From: Myxococcota bacterium
GTDB taxonomy: Bacteria > Myxococcota_A > UBA796 > UBA2385
Assembly (NCBI GenBank): GCA_044344255.1
Contig: JBIJDH010000018.1
Location: forward strand, 115,024 to 179,023
Direction: 5' to 3'
DNA length: 64,000 bases
This document shows positions 62,275 to 64,000 of the stretch, in pieces. Numbering within the stretch: the first letter of the stretch is position 1; each line of letters opens with the position of its first letter. The notes beneath the pieces are model-generated. The model was not told the origin of the DNA. It ran no database searches and saw only the letters and a list, made by a program, of their open reading frames with translations. A program made the position numbers and the translations under genes.

Positions 62275-62652
62275 TCAGCGTGGGGGAGGGGCCGGTCGAC
62301 CTCCGCCTCCCGAGGCGGGCCGGGGAGTGGCCCCGGCCTCGTTCGGTGGGCGTGTCGCGTTGAGGTGGGGTCGGGTGAGCCGGCGATTGCAGAGGTCTCG
62401 AATGGCGGTCGCGGCGGCGAGCCCACAGAGGGCCTCCGCGTCGGCGCGGGGAACATCGAGGTCGGGCATCTCGATGATGTCCAGGAGGACATTGTCTCGA
62501 AGCTCCGGATCCCCTACGGCCGCGAGCTCTGCGGGGGCACGGGCCGGCTCCGATACGATGAGCCGACGTACCGATTCGGCGTGACAGGCATCATCACACT
62601 CCAAGGTGCCCGTCGACGGACAGGACAGGAACAGCAGCAGGCTCACCACCAT
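62275..62652 (-). CDS. Small exported Cys-containing hypothetical protein
   Basis: Hydrophobic leader with Cys; CDDAC; LC..C.RR..RPHL; overlaps the upstream gene. Confidence 0.55.
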   Translation of the reverse strand: MVVSLLLFLSCPSTGTLECDDACHAESVRRLIVSEPARAPAELAAVGDPELRDNVLLDIIEMPDLDVPRADAEALCGLAAATAIRDLCNRRLTRPHLNATRPPNEAGATPRPASGGGGRPAPPPR

Positions 62653-63398
62653 GGGGTGGTGTCCTCGCCGCGCCAGGAGAGCTGACCGCTGCGAAGTCGG
62701 CCGTTCAACCAGGGCGGATGCGCATGGGGAGCAGCGGCGGGGCGGCGAGGGTCACAGGCGGCAGGTTCCTCTTCGCAGAGCATGTCGCGGAAGGCCACCA
62801 GGGTCAAATTTCCACGCTCCCAGCTCAGGAGCTCCGGAGGAGCCGAGTTGCGCGCCGCAGCGTCGCGCCACACCCCGTCCATCGCCTCGAGCTGCGTCGG
62901 GAGTGTGGAGCCACCGAACCATCGCTCGGCTGGCGCCCCGCTGAGCCCGACAAGCCAGCGGTCCACGCCATGAACAACGCAGTCTCCCGCATAGGCCCCG
63001 GTGAATCGGAGGCAGGCCTGGAGCCAGCTCTTGGGGTCGATGTCGTCGGGACCATCGTCGAGCACCATGAACCAGCAGTCGTCTCGCCATCGTGGGGAGC
63101 GCACAGGACCGCAGATCCGCTCACCGAGGCCCTGCCAGTCCGCCGTCCTGCCGAAGGACTCGGAGCGCGCTTGTGCGAGGGAGACCCGACAGGCGTCACG
63201 AACCCGGGTGGTCGAGAGGGCGTCGCAGCGGGCCAGGGCCGCATTGAGGTCGCTTGGAGGGGGGGTGGCGATGCGGCAGAGGTCCTGATGCAGGGGATCG
63301 GCGCGGAGGCAGGGCTCGGCCGGGCTCGGCTCGCTTGCCCCTCGGGGGGGCCTGCAGGAGCTCAACATCAGCAAGAGACAAGGTAGCAGCTTTGACAT
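62643..63398 (-). CDS. Cys-rich hypothetical lipoprotein
   Basis: LLLMLSSC lipobox; repeated C..L....RD.C helical units; atypical codon usage. Confidence 0.6.
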   Translation of the reverse strand: MSKLLPCLLLMLSSCRPPRGASEPSPAEPCLRADPLHQDLCRIATPPPSDLNAALARCDALSTTRVRDACRVSLAQARSESFGRTADWQGLGERICGPVRSPRWRDDCWFMVLDDGPDDIDPKSWLQACLRFTGAYAGDCVVHGVDRWLVGLSGAPAERWFGGSTLPTQLEAMDGVWRDAAARNSAPPELLSWERGNLTLVAFRDMLCEEEPAACDPRRPAAAPHAHPPWLNGRLRSGQLSWRGEDTTPWW

Positions 63399-63877
63399 TC
63401 GGGGGCTCGGGTCCTTGCGGTGGGCGCAGGGAGCACCCTCAAGTTACCGCCCAAAGGGCGAGGGATCGCTCCGATTGCGTCAATCGAGGTCAAGTCTGAC
63501 CCTTTACCGGTCAACGTCATGGGCGCCTCGGTGAACGGAGCTCCTCGCCGCGAAGGGGGCGGCGAAGGTCGCTCGCCTGTTCCGGTGGGACGCCCCACCC
63601 GGGTGGACGGTTGACGAAGGTCGGTCGCCGGGTGACGGAGGTCGCTCCCGGTCCTTCGTCTCCCTCCCCGAAGGCGCAGCTTCGCCCCTTGGCCTGGCTC
63701 ACACGACAGGACCATGGGCCGGAGGAAGAAGCGGTAGAGGCCGAAGACGGGGGGCTACCCGGTCGCCCAGATCGCCAGGGCCTGCGTGAGCCGCGAGTTC
63801 CAGGTGCTCGCGGCGCGCCAGGCGAGCCTGGTCACGGAGTGGCTGCGGGCGCTGGCCCGCGGGCTGCACGGAGAGCT

Positions 63878-64000
63878 TGAGCGCTCACCAGAAGTAGACC
63901 ACTTCTGCTCACCGGAAGTAGTCCACCCCGGTTGGAGTTGCCACCGGTCAGCTACGCTGGCGGCGGGGGGCGGGGGCCCCGCACGGAGGCCCTTCGATGA
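63878..64000 (+). mobile_element. Left end of an IS21-family element; probable istA start at 63997
   Basis: Begins with TG. Two 20-bp direct repeats, GCTCACCAGAAGTAGACCAC (63883-63902) and GCTCACCGGAAGTAGTCCAC (63907-63926), lie 24 bp apart; GGAGG plus ATG at the window edge. Confidence 0.7.

Overview
Very GC-rich bacterial DNA, most likely from an uncultured Myxococcota/Deltaproteobacteria-type organism. The taxonomy is inferred from MYXO-CTERM-like tails, MopE-type CDGxDNDCDG repeats, FG-GAP surface proteins and pfa genes in myxobacterial order. I found no rRNA, tRNA or CRISPR array. Contents, left to right: (1) an operon of GH2 beta-mannosidase, D-Ala-D-Ala dipeptidase, a secreted protein and a pentaheme cytochrome c; (2) a large acidic lectin-like lipoprotein; (3) a mosaic of gene fragments bracketed by a 23-bp direct repeat, with a headless class III cyclase and a 36-aa peptide gene; (4) a 1263-aa vWA/MIDAS protein of unknown function; (5) a seven-gene polyamine-modification operon (DUF4178, GGK-tailed peptide, DUF350, SpeE, Tat flavin oxidase, His-motif membrane protein, SpeD); (6) an atypical PUFA-synthase-like cluster (mce, radical SAM, PfaD, PfaA, two GT-C-like membrane proteins) with no PfaB/C, preceded by a 6x12-bp GGAGGA repeat array; (7) a class A PBP, a PAS kinase/pseudo-cyclase regulator pair, a His-rich permease, an acyl-CoA dehydrogenase, and an aldolase with a putative microcompartment encapsulation peptide; (8) a patch of decayed IS91/IS66/IS1634 pieces and a giant FG-GAP protein; (9) a thioredoxin-fold lipoprotein split by an in-frame UGA in a UxxC motif with a SECIS-like hairpin (a selenoprotein the ORF track splits in two); (10) an IS21-family end at the right edge. 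The best candidates for undescribed biology are the selenoprotein, the PfaBC-less lipid cluster, the polyamine/GGK operon and the vWA giant. All assignments come from motif recognition by eye; no database search was run.
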